Origin: an uncultured Candidatus Saccharibacteria bacterium
GTDB taxonomy: Bacteria > Patescibacteriota > Minisyncoccia > Phycocordibacterales > Phycocordibacteraceae
Reading direction: 5' to 3'
Assembly: GCA_964550425.1 (NCBI GenBank)
Contig: CAZJZB010000002.1
Span: 1,626-65,625 of the forward strand
Length of the DNA: 64,000 nucleotides
This document shows positions 18,384 through 28,450 of this stretch, in pieces. The notes under the pieces were generated by a model, which did not search any database, was not told the DNA's origin, and saw nothing but the letters and a program-made list of their open reading frames with translations. Made by a program: the position numbers and the translations under genes. Positions within the stretch are counted from its first letter, which is position 1, and the number at the start of each line of letters is the position of its first letter.

Positions 18384-19094
18384 TTATAGTGCCCCGAAGC
18401 GATATTTGAGCATCTCTATTATTGTAGGCACAATAACGCTCATTTTTGACCCAGAAGCAAGACCTTCAGTACGCGGCAAATGCGTGACAGGGAATTGTGC
18501 GACTTTAAACCCGGCCTTTTTCGTCTTAATGATCATTTCCGCATCAATAAAACAGCTCGAGCTCTTGATAGAGATATTCTCTAAAACGCGTCGTTTATAT
18601 ATCTTCATCGCACAATTGATATCGCGACACCGGATGAAAAATAAAAAGTAAATGAGTAAATTCCAGGCCTCAGATTGGACCTTGCGACGAAAGGAAACTG
18701 ATTTCTTCGTCGCATATCCACTTAAAACATCAGCGGTCTCGAGTAGGGTAAGGTAGGGTAAGAATTCTCGCACGTCATACTGATTGTCGCCATCGGTGTA
18801 CATTACATAATCATATTTCGCGGCAGCATATCCATCGCGGAGCGCAACTCCATAGCCCATGTTTTTAGCGTGATGTATCACCCGTACATTTGGGTATTTT
18901 TTTGCCAGCGCGTCCGCCACTTCTCCGGTCTTATCCGGACTGCCATCATGAACGATAATAATCTCGTACACGTCGGTTATTTCTTTTAAAAATTCGCTCA
19001 CGTGTGGCACCAGAACCGGCAGATTTTTTTCATCGTTATACGCCGGGCAGAAAAACGACACTGAACTTAATCTATATAGAGACTGCTCTTCCAT
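18384..19094 (-). CDS. GT2 glycosyltransferase, polyprenyl-phosphate sugar synthase type (DPM1/GtrB-like)
   Basis: Has FFCPAYNDEKNL, IIIVHDGSPDKT and DGDNQYD motifs. It is convergent with the GtrA-like gene. Confidence 0.8.
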   Translation of the reverse strand: MEEQSLYRLSSVSFFCPAYNDEKNLPVLVPHVSEFLKEITDVYEIIIVHDGSPDKTGEVADALAKKYPNVRVIHHAKNMGYGVALRDGYAAAKYDYVMYTDGDNQYDVREFLPYLTLLETADVLSGYATKKSVSFRRKVQSEAWNLLIYFLFFIRCRDINCAMKIYKRRVLENISIKSSSCFIDAEMIIKTKKAGFKVAQFPVTHLPRTEGLASGSKMSVIVPTIIEMLKYRFGAL

Positions 19095-19095
19095 A

Positions 19096-19854
19096 TTATT
19101 TTTTTATCGTCGTTGACGGAGAATCCCGCCAATATTCTCCAGCCTGTATCTGTATTGTTGCCATCGTTTCTTTCTCCATTGTTTCCTTCCACGTGGGTAA
19201 CTGTCGTGCCGCATCTATGACTTTCTTATAATGCGGATTAGCCACGAGAAGAACCTCTTCTGCAGAGACGAACGCAATATATACCGACTGCATTTCTTTG
19301 AATTTTTTTAATGCTTCTTGCACTTCCGGTTTTTCTGAGTATCCATTAGGATCGTGTAAGTCATTGATATGCGCAAGCATCGCTTGTGCTCTCGGGATAT
19401 GAAATTCATTAGCGATTACCACTGTATTATGCCAATCGTTTTGTACGATCAGTTTGATAAGTTCGATAAGTTCAGTGAAGGTAGAGTAGGATTCTTCTTG
19501 AATAATTATCTTTTCTTGTTGAACCCCCCTGTTTTGTAGTTCTTGTGCGGTAACACGCGCCATACTGGCAGGCATCTGTGGTATCAAGCTATTAGCGACT
19601 ACCGACGAGTTAGGAAAAAAACGATGCAGTTCTGCCGCGGCGATACTCCTGGCCTTCGCCCCACCAACCATCCCGTGTAGATCGGTATCCCCGTAGCCCA
19701 ACGATTTAAATTCGCCGGTGGCTTTATTTTCGACTACGCCACGAGCCAAGATAAATAGCACGTCTGGTTTACCCCCGCAGAGCTGTTCATAGATTCGTCT
19801 TTTCTCAGACTCTAATGCAGAAACATCGGGATTCGGAATATGCTCTCTGACCAT
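19096..19854 (-). CDS. DUF218 (YdcF/ElyC/SanA-like) family protein
   Basis: Conserved VVIANEFHIPRA motif (family HMPRA-like) and GGK... segment. Confidence 0.5.
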   Translation of the reverse strand: MVREHIPNPDVSALESEKRRIYEQLCGGKPDVLFILARGVVENKATGEFKSLGYGDTDLHGMVGGAKARSIAAAELHRFFPNSSVVANSLIPQMPASMARVTAQELQNRGVQQEKIIIQEESYSTFTELIELIKLIVQNDWHNTVVIANEFHIPRAQAMLAHINDLHDPNGYSEKPEVQEALKKFKEMQSVYIAFVSAEEVLLVANPHYKKVIDAARQLPTWKETMEKETMATIQIQAGEYWRDSPSTTIKK

Positions 19855-19916
19855 GTGTGCATTATTGTAGGTCTTGTTTTGTACTACGTCAAATCTGCTA
19901 TGATACTTTTATATCT

Positions 19917-21704
19917 ATGTTCAGGATAAAAGAATTTCTCCGGCAACACCGTCCCGCTGCAGTGCTTGTGGCGATTACGCTGATACTCACGACCATTCCA
20001 GTTCTTGATATATTTCTTGTCCTCGGTAACACCTGGCAGGGCATTACGCCTACGTTCGGCGACGAAACTTTTTATCTGGCGCGCGTACAGACAATAGTAA
20101 AAGGACATATCACTGCAGGCAATCCGTATTTTATGGAACACAGTGATGGTCCGCCACTGGTCATCTTTGCTGGCGTCTGGCTCAACGCTCTACCGCAGCT
20201 AGCGGGGTTCTCACTCAATGTATCGCTTCTCATCAACTTCGTTCTGTGGAGCTTAGTATTTGTCGCATCGCTCTACTGGCTTTTTCGAGAGTTACGGGTG
20301 CCTCCTTGGATAGCAGTGTTCGGTACGATGTTCCTCTATATACAGTCGTATTGGCACGTCTGGCGACCGGTTAATCTCCAGACGGTATACCCCCTTTATT
20401 TTCTATTCTATCTAACGCTTCTACGCCTTATTCGTGAACAGAGCCGCAAGAACATTATCCTCGTTGGTCTCACGACCGGTTCGACCTTCTACCTCTTCGC
20501 CTATCTATGGCAAACGATCGTCATCACGCTCGGTCTCCTCTTCTTATATGCACTCGCCAGAAAGGATTGGCCGCTCCTGAAGGCCACACTCCTCTCCTCA
20601 TGTATTGGAGGTGTCATTGGGCTTCCTGTCCCGCTTTACGCACTTTGGCTCTCTCATACCTCGCCATATTTCTGGGAAAGTGTCGGTCGTCTTGGACTCG
20701 TCAATACACATTTACCAATGGCTGAAGTCATTTATTCGGGTGGATGGATCGGCGCCGTACTCGCACTACTGGCGATTCTCTTTTGGCGTACCCGCGCTCT
20801 ACGCGAAGACAAAGAATTCATATTTCTCAGTCTGTTCCTCACACTGAGCGGGTTCGGTCTCTGGATTATGCAGGGGAGCAATCTCATCACGGGAAAATTA
20901 TTGGAGACCGGTGAGCACGTTCGTTTATTAATCCAACCATGGCTTGTATTTTCCACCATCAGCATTGGAGTATTTCTCTGGAAGCAGCGTACGCACATAT
21001 CAAAAGAACTTCGAACACTTTCAGTTATTGTGATCGCTCTGTTGTCAGCCGTGAGTGTGCAGTACGCCTATCAACGCTTCTCCCCGTTTCTTATTACACA
21101 AGTGGATCGCGGAGCATGGCAAACTGCACAGCTCTATGCGAAACCCTTTGCATGGCTCCAGAATGCAGAAAAGGATCCTGTTGTCGTATGGAGTAACCCC
21201 GAAAACTATCTAACAACCTATCTACCCATATTTACGAAACACCTCACGCTCTATACGTGGCCCGGAATGATGGAACTGGTGCCCGAGGGTGAAATTCATG
21301 AGCGGTATCTCATTGCTCACTATTTTAATAATCCGACCACGGCAGACCTCAGGAATGATCTAGCCAGGTACGTTGGGCGGCAAGACGCTGCTCATGCGGC
21401 AAAGACCATTGAGCGTAAAATAAAAATATGCCGAGTACTTTTCTTTTTCGAAAAGAACAAAAACTGCGGGATCATACCAACGCCCCAGAGTTTGCTCGGT
21501 GACCAGTTTTTTACTGACCTTGAGAAAAAGTTCCAAACGGATATAAAACTCAATATTAAAGCGTATCTCAAGAAATATCACGTCTCATATATTCTTAAAG
21601 ATAAGGTGCTGGACCCAGAGTATCATCCAGAGAAACTAGGAGCAGTATTGGTATACACTGATGATCGCTATGAAATCTACCACCTCTTGTATGACCACAA
21701 ATAA
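19917..21704 (+). CDS. large polytopic membrane protein, probable glycan-assembly membrane enzyme (GT-C-like or polymerase). Function not assigned.
   Basis: ORF track 19857..21704; start at MFRIKEFL (ATG 19917). More than 10 predicted hydrophobic helices followed by a soluble C-terminal domain. Confidence 0.55.
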   Translation: MFRIKEFLRQHRPAAVLVAITLILTTIPVLDIFLVLGNTWQGITPTFGDETFYLARVQTIVKGHITAGNPYFMEHSDGPPLVIFAGVWLNALPQLAGFSLNVSLLINFVLWSLVFVASLYWLFRELRVPPWIAVFGTMFLYIQSYWHVWRPVNLQTVYPLYFLFYLTLLRLIREQSRKNIILVGLTTGSTFYLFAYLWQTIVITLGLLFLYALARKDWPLLKATLLSSCIGGVIGLPVPLYALWLSHTSPYFWESVGRLGLVNTHLPMAEVIYSGGWIGAVLALLAILFWRTRALREDKEFIFLSLFLTLSGFGLWIMQGSNLITGKLLETGEHVRLLIQPWLVFSTISIGVFLWKQRTHISKELRTLSVIVIALLSAVSVQYAYQRFSPFLITQVDRGAWQTAQLYAKPFAWLQNAEKDPVVVWSNPENYLTTYLPIFTKHLTLYTWPGMMELVPEGEIHERYLIAHYFNNPTTADLRNDLARYVGRQDAAHAAKTIERKIKICRVLFFFEKNKNCGIIPTPQSLLGDQFFTDLEKKFQTDIKLNIKAYLKKYHVSYILKDKVLDPEYHPEKLGAVLVYTDDRYEIYHLLYDHK

Positions 21705-22569
21705 GTCAGCACCAGAAGGGAAACGTAGTACCTCCGAACACGGAGAAGATGCGGTTATCGAATGGATCTTCGGCGTTATCGGCGAAGGTGCGAAATGGTG
21801 TGTTGATCTAGGTGCACTGAACGGCACACACGGTAGCAACGTGTGGCGACTCATCAAAGAGTGTGGTTGGTCAGCGGTGCTGATCGAAGCCGACAAGACG
21901 TACTTTGAAAAACTTGAAAAGGAATTTGCCGATACCGACCGAGTTCACTGTATAAACGCTTTCGTATCTTTCGAGGGAGAACAATCGCTCGATGTCGTTT
22001 TTGCCCGTACACTCCTGCCGCAGTCGTTCGATTTATTTTCTCTTGATATCGATGGGAATGAATATCATGTATGGGATTCTCTGACCACCTATCGCCCACG
22101 AGTTATGTTGATCGAGTTTAATCCAACCATTCCGAACGAAGTGGTATTTATTCAACCACGTGATATGAAAGTTTTTCAGGGGTCTTCGCTTCGCGCCCTC
22201 ATTGCATTGGGGAAGCATAAGGGGTACGAACTGGTCGCCACGAACGACGTAAATGCCTTTTTTGTGCTCAAAGAATTATTTCCATTGTTTGCCATTGCTG
22301 ACAATTCAATTGATGCGCTCCATACCACCCACGAGTATGAGACAAAACTTTTTCAACTCTATGATGGGACGCTCCGCATTTCCGGCTATGATTGTCTCTT
22401 GTGGCACCACATCCCTCTTGATGTTGAAAAGATGCAAGTCCTGCCACCAAACGGTCGTCGTTACCCAGCTCATATCGACGAGAGCGAAAGTATGCGCACG
22501 TTCAAATATTGGGTGAGGAAATTTCCACTTTATCCGTTTCTTCAACGTATGCGTAAGTTGTTAAAGTAG
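21661..22569 (+). CDS. FkbM-like methyltransferase family protein
   Basis: WCVDLGALNGTHGS and FDLFSLDIDGNEYHV resemble the FkbM DxGAxxG and IDxEGxE signatures. The start is uncertain; ATG 21691 is an alternative that avoids a 44-nt overlap. Confidence 0.55.
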   Translation: MIAMKSTTSCMTTNKSAPEGKRSTSEHGEDAVIEWIFGVIGEGAKWCVDLGALNGTHGSNVWRLIKECGWSAVLIEADKTYFEKLEKEFADTDRVHCINAFVSFEGEQSLDVVFARTLLPQSFDLFSLDIDGNEYHVWDSLTTYRPRVMLIEFNPTIPNEVVFIQPRDMKVFQGSSLRALIALGKHKGYELVATNDVNAFFVLKELFPLFAIADNSIDALHTTHEYETKLFQLYDGTLRISGYDCLLWHHIPLDVEKMQVLPPNGRRYPAHIDESESMRTFKYWVRKFPLYPFLQRMRKLLK

Positions 22570-22643
22570 TAAGGGGAAGTAAGTTACTGTGGTATTTCTC
22601 TGGAGCACCTTTTAGTACGATCGCCGGGTTATAGTGAGTACCC

Positions 22644-23807
22644 ATGAAGCTTGTTTGCATCTCCCACTGGCGATTCCCGTCCGAGAAGACCATGGCCCCT
22701 TATATGATGAGGGTTTTGGAGTCGCTCGCCCGCGAAGGAATTGATGTGGAACTTTGGGCACCCCGCCGACAAAACCCGTCCGAGTTCACGCATACCGATC
22801 CTTTTGACTACCATCTCATTGAACGCAATTTCAAGATACGAAAATTGCCGGTGATAGATATTATGCCTTTGTCGGCGGGGAAGTTCGGATTCCTCCTCAT
22901 GCTCGGAACGTTCGTGGTATCGGTCTTCTTCAAGATGCTGTTCATGCGCGGGCGCAAAGATGCAATATTTTATTTCTTTGATCTCAGGGATGCATTCACG
23001 GCTCATTGGCTGAGCGATAACACTTTCTCAGAGGTACACATGTACTACAAGAGCGGTCTTGACTTTATCAATCGGCGCGGTTTTAAAAAACTGAGAGGCA
23101 TCATCGCGGCCACAAAACCCTTACAGACAGAGATCATGCGGGAATACGCTGTGCCGGAGGAAAAAATTCTCTATGCACCCTGCGGCGTGAATTTTGAACG
23201 ATTTGGTATTGATACGTCTCGGGTAGAGGCACGCACTAAGCTCGGTCTCCCGCAGGACAAGAAAATCGTGCTCTATGTCGGACATCTTTTCCCGGTCAAG
23301 GGCGTCAATGTTCTCTTTGACACCCATCAATATCTCGCGGCGAACGAGGTTATTTATTTTGTCGGTGGCACTGACGAAGATATAGATCATTTCAAGCAGA
23401 AATGGAAGAAGGCAGGATCGCCCCCAAACATCGTTATCGTGGGCCGAAAACCGCACGGAGACATTCCGCTATGGCTACGCGCGGCGGATGTTTTGAGCAT
23501 TCCCAATACCGCCAAAGATGCTGCCGGTGCAATCGAATCGTCACCCTCAAAACTCATTGAATACATGGCTTCCGGAGTGCCGATAGTCGCCTCGGACGTG
23601 CCGGGTATTCGCGACGTACTCGAGAGCAATATGGGATTTTTCTGCGCGCCAGACAGTCCAGAAGCTCTTAACCGTACCATACGTGAAGTTCTAATAGTCC
23701 CAAAAGAAGCAGAGCGTCGAGCAGCTGTCGCACGAGTTGCCGCACGCGGTCTTGGGTGGGATGCGCGCACACAGAAGATAAAAAAGTTTATAGAGAGTAC
23801 GATATAA
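22644..23807 (+). CDS. glycosyltransferase family 4
   Basis: Has the GT4 motif PSKLIEYMASGVPIVASDVPGI. Confidence 0.8.
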   Translation: MKLVCISHWRFPSEKTMAPYMMRVLESLAREGIDVELWAPRRQNPSEFTHTDPFDYHLIERNFKIRKLPVIDIMPLSAGKFGFLLMLGTFVVSVFFKMLFMRGRKDAIFYFFDLRDAFTAHWLSDNTFSEVHMYYKSGLDFINRRGFKKLRGIIAATKPLQTEIMREYAVPEEKILYAPCGVNFERFGIDTSRVEARTKLGLPQDKKIVLYVGHLFPVKGVNVLFDTHQYLAANEVIYFVGGTDEDIDHFKQKWKKAGSPPNIVIVGRKPHGDIPLWLRAADVLSIPNTAKDAAGAIESSPSKLIEYMASGVPIVASDVPGIRDVLESNMGFFCAPDSPEALNRTIREVLIVPKEAERRAAVARVAARGLGWDARTQKIKKFIESTI

Positions 23808-23819
23808 CAGAGGCGCCTT

Positions 23820-24467
23820 ATGTCCTTCCTTAAAAAAATCGTTCCAGTATCAGTGCATTACACTTTTTCAAATCTAAAGCGTAAGGTGTTTGGGTATACC
23901 GAGTATGCTCAGTTTGGGGAGGATGTGGTACTCGCAGAATTTTTTGAAGATACTCCGCACGGGATATATGTTGATGTCGGAGCACACCACCCCTATCGCT
24001 ATTCAAATACGTACCTGCTCTATAAAAAGGGTTGGCACGGAGTGAATATCGATCCCAATCCGCACACCATTGTACTCTTCAATAAAGCGCGCCCCGCCGA
24101 TACAAACATTTGCACTGGGGTCGGTCGCACAGGGACACTTACGTATTATCAATTCTCTGATCCGGCAGTGAACACGTTTAAAAAAGAAGAAGCGGAGAAG
24201 TGGAAGAAAAAGTCGTTTCTCAAATTTCTCGGGACGACTGATGTCGAGATTAAGCCGCTCTCAGTATTGGTCCACGGGCCGATAGACCTTCTTACCATTG
24301 ACGCCGAAGGAATGGATCTGGAAGTTCTTCAATCATATGACTGGGAGCACTACCCGAAGGCGATTGTGATAGAGGGAGACGAGGCGAAACAATTTCTCCT
24401 CCAGAAGGGTTATATGCTGTATGCGGAACGTGGTGCCTCGCGCGTCTATATGAAACTTAGAAAGTAA
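23820..24467 (+). CDS. FkbM-family methyltransferase
   Basis: YVDVGAHHP...NIDPNP and LLTIDAEGMDLEVL signatures. Confidence 0.75.
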   Translation: MSFLKKIVPVSVHYTFSNLKRKVFGYTEYAQFGEDVVLAEFFEDTPHGIYVDVGAHHPYRYSNTYLLYKKGWHGVNIDPNPHTIVLFNKARPADTNICTGVGRTGTLTYYQFSDPAVNTFKKEEAEKWKKKSFLKFLGTTDVEIKPLSVLVHGPIDLLTIDAEGMDLEVLQSYDWEHYPKAIVIEGDEAKQFLLQKGYMLYAERGASRVYMKLRK

Positions 24468-24474
24468 TAGGCCT

Positions 24475-24870
24475 TTATTCTTGTTCAACGAGGGTATGAA
24501 GTGGTACCTCAAGACGAAAAGTATCTTTCTCATATTCATCTCCACCTCGCAATCCATCGATAAAGGTAATCCATAATGAGTCCTCAAGAGCAACAAACTC
24601 ATGCACTTCTCCCGGCTCGAACGTCAAAAGATCATAGGGTTGCCATAACGTTTTTACTATAGGTCCCTCATTATTTTTTCGAGAATACACGTCAAACTTT
24701 CCTTGTATTAAAAAATCATGCTGCCGGGACACGTTGTGGTAATGGTTGCCGCGTACACCACCTTTTTTGGTAAAGATGATGGTGCAATGTTCCTTGGGCT
24801 CTTTGACGAAGATGTCAGTGATGGTGCCGCGTGCATCTTCAAAATTAATGTTCTTGTGTTCAAGTTGCAT
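24475..24870 (-). CDS. cupin-fold sugar 3,4-ketoisomerase-like protein (FdtA/WxcM C-terminal domain type)
   Basis: RGNHYH (RGxHxH) motif, about 130 aa, cupin beta-barrel pattern. Confidence 0.6.
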   Translation of the reverse strand: MQLEHKNINFEDARGTITDIFVKEPKEHCTIIFTKKGGVRGNHYHNVSRQHDFLIQGKFDVYSRKNNEGPIVKTLWQPYDLLTFEPGEVHEFVALEDSLWITFIDGLRGGDEYEKDTFRLEVPLHTLVEQE

Positions 24871-24880
24871 GTGGATGCCA

Positions 24881-26122
24881 TTATTGCATATGCGGGGTGA
24901 TAAATGAAATCTGGGGGTATTTTGGAGCGAGCTTACCTTTCAGAAACTCGGCAATATTCCACGGCAAGATGAGAGCATGTGTCACTGCACTAGTGATAGC
25001 TTCATCCGGCAAAATGGGGATATGCGAGCCGGGAGTATATTTGCCAATTTTAAGTGGCGAGGCGTCGGTAATGAAATCGAGCAGCGTTGAATCTATCCCG
25101 CAATAATTGAGAAGGGTGTTCCCCTTCGCTGGAGCGCCTATGCCAATAATGGTGCCCCCTCCGAGACGTACATCAAAGAGCTGCTTCACAAGAGCGTATT
25201 TAAATTGCCGCATGCGCGTAGATAGGCCGGTGTAGGTAGCGAGATCGTATAAATGTGCAGTATTTTCTCGCTCAATATTTTTCTCCACCACAGGAGATAG
25301 CTCCGTACCAAATCGTACATAGAGCCGCATCGAGCCGCCCATGTAATCGTTCTCAAGAATATCGGTAATCACCATACCAAACTTTTTGAAGTATTGGACG
25401 AGTGGCTTGATGGAAAAATATGACACATGTTCAAGATAGATCGTATCGAATGCCAACTTCTGTACGAGATGCAGTAAGTAGGGCGCTTCAATCACAAACG
25501 CTCCATCCGGGGCAAGCGTTGCAACAATATTGCGCATAAAGTCATCGAGGTCGCTAATGTGATTGAACGCGTTGGTTATAGTGATCGCTTTTGCCTTTCC
25601 AACTTTCAACACTTCTGCGGCCGCAGCATCGTTCCAAAAGTCATGAATAGTCGGGACATTGTTCTTGTCGGCGAGAAGAGCGATGTTATGTGCGGGCTCT
25701 ACTCCCAAAATATTCGCTCCAGTTCGATCTTTAAAAGCTTGCAGTAGTGTTCCAACCGAGCTCCCGATGTCGACTACCAAGTCGCCTCCGGTAATTCCAA
25801 CTCGCTCTGCAACGTCTCCTGCCATCTCTTTGAAATGTTCTATGGAAACTTTCGAATTACTTGAATCGTAACTGTAGTCGTGATCCTGGTACCGTGCCGT
25901 GGGCGGGACAACAAAAGAGTTCATCGCGTGGCCACAGCTCTGACACATGAGTACTTGGAGCGGGTAGGTTGCCTCAGGCAGGAGCAATTCTTCTTTTTTG
26001 AGAAAGGAGTCCGCAAGCGGGTGGAATCCGAGATCAAGGATGATCCTGAGGTCGCTTGAATTGCAAAGCGCGCAAGAAATGACGAGCATGATATGCCTAG
26101 TATATAGCGTCTCACTTTTCAC
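24881..26122 (-). CDS. NDP-hexose C-methyltransferase (TylCIII-like; Zn-ribbon + class I MTase + C-methyltransferase C-terminal domain)
   Basis: Has an N-terminal CxxC...CxxC, VVDIGSSVGTLL SAM motif and the C-terminal domain pattern. It is a paralog of 37385..38629. A GTG start at 26122 or ATG at 26088 are both possible. Confidence 0.75.
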   Translation of the reverse strand: MKSETLYTRHIMLVISCALCNSSDLRIILDLGFHPLADSFLKKEELLLPEATYPLQVLMCQSCGHAMNSFVVPPTARYQDHDYSYDSSNSKVSIEHFKEMAGDVAERVGITGGDLVVDIGSSVGTLLQAFKDRTGANILGVEPAHNIALLADKNNVPTIHDFWNDAAAAEVLKVGKAKAITITNAFNHISDLDDFMRNIVATLAPDGAFVIEAPYLLHLVQKLAFDTIYLEHVSYFSIKPLVQYFKKFGMVITDILENDYMGGSMRLYVRFGTELSPVVEKNIERENTAHLYDLATYTGLSTRMRQFKYALVKQLFDVRLGGGTIIGIGAPAKGNTLLNYCGIDSTLLDFITDASPLKIGKYTPGSHIPILPDEAITSAVTHALILPWNIAEFLKGKLAPKYPQISFITPHMQ

Positions 26123-26223
26123 TCATAGAGCTTGCATTTTATATAATAGTGTGATATAGTATAAATCGGTGGTATTTGGGGATTTCCCTCGGTACCGTGG
26201 TCTTTTAACGCTCTAGAAGGGAG

Positions 26224-27144
26224 GTGCCAATGAGCAATCAAAAGTTCTTTAAAATCCTGGCCGAGGGTACATTCATTCCCGAGCAGATCGACACCGAAAT
26301 CACAGTGTCGGGAATAACGATGGTGCGAAACAGTCAATCAGACGCCTTTATCGAGGGCGGATGGGAGATGCATCTGGCGAAGGGTAACAAACCCTGGCCG
26401 AACGACACTAAACCTGGACGCTATCGCACGGCCAACGTCGAGGTACAGGACAACCGACTCAAGCTCACCCTTGATCCCTGTGTTTCGTACAAGGATTTCC
26501 TAGCTTCCTTGTCGACAGTGTTCGAGGAGTATTATGGTCATGATGCCGTGCCCGATCCACTGGCGATCTCAGTGCTACTCCGCACCGCCGACAACCAGAC
26601 GTTACTGACGGTTCGGGATCAGAAGACCGATTACAAGCCCGGCGGCTGGCATGCCTCGACCGGCGGCTTCATGGAGATCAAGCGTAACGAGTCCCCGGTG
26701 GAGGCTGGCCTGCGCGAGCTCGAAGAAGAAACTGGCGTCCAACCAGGTGAACTGGACGGGCTCGTAGCTATCGGTGTGGTTTACAACCCGTGGACACTCC
26801 ATACCGACCTCATCCTCTCGGCCAAAACCCGGTTCACCGCAGCAGAGGTACTGGAGCGTAAGCACGACGACGAGAACGAACTTCTCTTCGTCGACACGAC
26901 TGCCGAGTCGTACGAGCACTGGATCGTCGGTGGCATGCACGCCAACGTGATCATTGCGATGGCGGCTCTGATAATGGTTGGTACGGACCTCTTCGGTCTG
27001 GAGTGGCGAGAAAAGATGCTCGACGCGCTCGCCGAGGGCAGCCGTAACTACGATTCGCTCGAAGTCCGGCAAAAGCTCGAGAAGCGCGACCTTACCAACT
27101 TTGCCAAAATGGTTGCCGACTATCGCAAAAAAAAAACAGCCTGA
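26224..27144 (+). CDS. NUDIX hydrolase with extra N-terminal domain
   Basis: Nudix box GGFMEIKRNESPVEAGLRELEEETGV. The gene is noticeably GC-richer than its neighbours. Confidence 0.75.
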   Translation: MPMSNQKFFKILAEGTFIPEQIDTEITVSGITMVRNSQSDAFIEGGWEMHLAKGNKPWPNDTKPGRYRTANVEVQDNRLKLTLDPCVSYKDFLASLSTVFEEYYGHDAVPDPLAISVLLRTADNQTLLTVRDQKTDYKPGGWHASTGGFMEIKRNESPVEAGLRELEEETGVQPGELDGLVAIGVVYNPWTLHTDLILSAKTRFTAAEVLERKHDDENELLFVDTTAESYEHWIVGGMHANVIIAMAALIMVGTDLFGLEWREKMLDALAEGSRNYDSLEVRQKLEKRDLTNFAKMVADYRKKKTA

Positions 27145-27161
27145 CGTAGACAGCATGGCTT

Positions 27162-27198
27162 GCTGCCTCATCCCCGAGTGGGTGAGGCAGCTTTTATT
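27162..27198 (+). terminator. Rho-independent terminator
   Basis: GCTGCCTCATCCCC-GAGT-GGGTGAGGCAGC hairpin followed by TTTTATTTA. Confidence 0.6.
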
Positions 27199-27215
27199 TA
27201 TAGTAGTATAGATTC

Positions 27216-27845
27216 ATGCAAATTCTTCTTACTGGTGCAGGGGGCGGGATCGGGAGCGCCACAAAAGCGGCACTTGAGGCGGCCGGAGCGCATGTTATCG
27301 CCGTAGATCGGCAGGATGCCGACTTGGCCTCGTATGAGGAGATGAAGGCGCTCTCCGAGCGAGTTGCCAAAGACGTGTCGCTCGACTGGCTCGTGTTTGC
27401 GCATGGGTTTATCAGCGCCGAGACAGAATTCGAGAAGCAAAAACCAGAAGAAATAAAATTAACCTTCGACCTCAACATCCTTTCAGTCATGTATCTTACG
27501 CAACTCCTTCTCCCCTCTTTGCGGCCAGGGGGCGGCGTTATTTTTATCTCCTCGAGTGCAGGGCTTAACCCCAATGGGAAATATGCCGCCTACTCGGCGT
27601 CGAAAGCGGCGGTAAACGCTTTTGCCAAAGCGCTCGCACGCAACAAAACAGGATATATGTTCTTGAGTGTGTGTCCCGGCCCTACTAACACTGCCATGCG
27701 TCTAAAAATCGGTGAAGACCCTCGGGCAGCACAATCGCCCGCTGTAGTCGCTCATCTCATCACACAATTAGTTTTTGGCACGGGCGAGTACCACAGTGGA
27801 GATGTTATCGTCGTACGCGACGGGAAGATATCGGTCGAATCCTGA
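27216..27845 (+). CDS. SDR-family oxidoreductase
   Basis: Has TGAGGGIGSA cofactor motif, catalytic YAAYSASKAA and the PG motif. Confidence 0.75.
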   Translation: MQILLTGAGGGIGSATKAALEAAGAHVIAVDRQDADLASYEEMKALSERVAKDVSLDWLVFAHGFISAETEFEKQKPEEIKLTFDLNILSVMYLTQLLLPSLRPGGGVIFISSSAGLNPNGKYAAYSASKAAVNAFAKALARNKTGYMFLSVCPGPTNTAMRLKIGEDPRAAQSPAVVAHLITQLVFGTGEYHSGDVIVVRDGKISVES

Positions 27846-27901
27846 TCAGGGTAACCGTGCATGTACTTGAGAATATGTGGTTGGCGATATAGAGTAGTCG
27901 C

Positions 27902-28429
27902 ATGCTTAGAAGCCGAACCGAAAACGCGATTGTGAGCATTAAGGATCTGCCGCGTCTGCGCAAAAAGTACCGCAATAAGCGTATAGTATTTTGCACGGGA
28001 TGTTTTGATCTAACACATCCGGGGCATGTGTTATTTTTTGAAGAATGCAAGAAGCAAGGAGACCTGCTCGTGGTCTGCGTCAGTGACGACGCCTTGGTGC
28101 GCAAGTATAAGAAGGGCAGACCGATACAGAATGAACATGTACGACTTAGGATGGTGGCCTCTCTCAAACCGGTAGACTATTGTTTTCTCCAACCCAAGAC
28201 ATCGTTTACATCGCTTGAGCAGATAAACGACTGGATAGGCGACATGTTTGCAAAGCTGAAGCCAGACGTGTATGTCATCAATGACGATGCAAACGGGGTT
28301 CCTCGCAGGAAACAAATGATGAAGGAGCATCCGGACGTGAAAATGCGGATTTTAAAACGCACGGCACCCAAAGAATTTGAAAAAATATCAACCTCGGGTA
28401 TTATCGAAAAAATACGCAAAATACCCTAA
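27902..28429 (+). CDS. cytidylyl/adenylyltransferase (RfaE domain II / TagD-like, HxGH nucleotidyltransferase)
   Basis: Has the HxGH nucleotidyltransferase motif FCTGCFDLTHPGHV, about 160 aa. Confidence 0.7.
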   Translation: MLRSRTENAIVSIKDLPRLRKKYRNKRIVFCTGCFDLTHPGHVLFFEECKKQGDLLVVCVSDDALVRKYKKGRPIQNEHVRLRMVASLKPVDYCFLQPKTSFTSLEQINDWIGDMFAKLKPDVYVINDDANGVPRRKQMMKEHPDVKMRILKRTAPKEFEKISTSGIIEKIRKIP

Positions 28430-28450
28430 ATGTAAGGCCTTTTCCAAAAA

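Noticed and set aside
26120-26175. TTGCAT...TATAAT-like promoter upstream of the C-methyltransferase/NUDIX divergent pair
   Set aside because: Hexamer spacing (about 4 nt) is incompatible with a sigma70-type promoter. It is only generic AT-richness.
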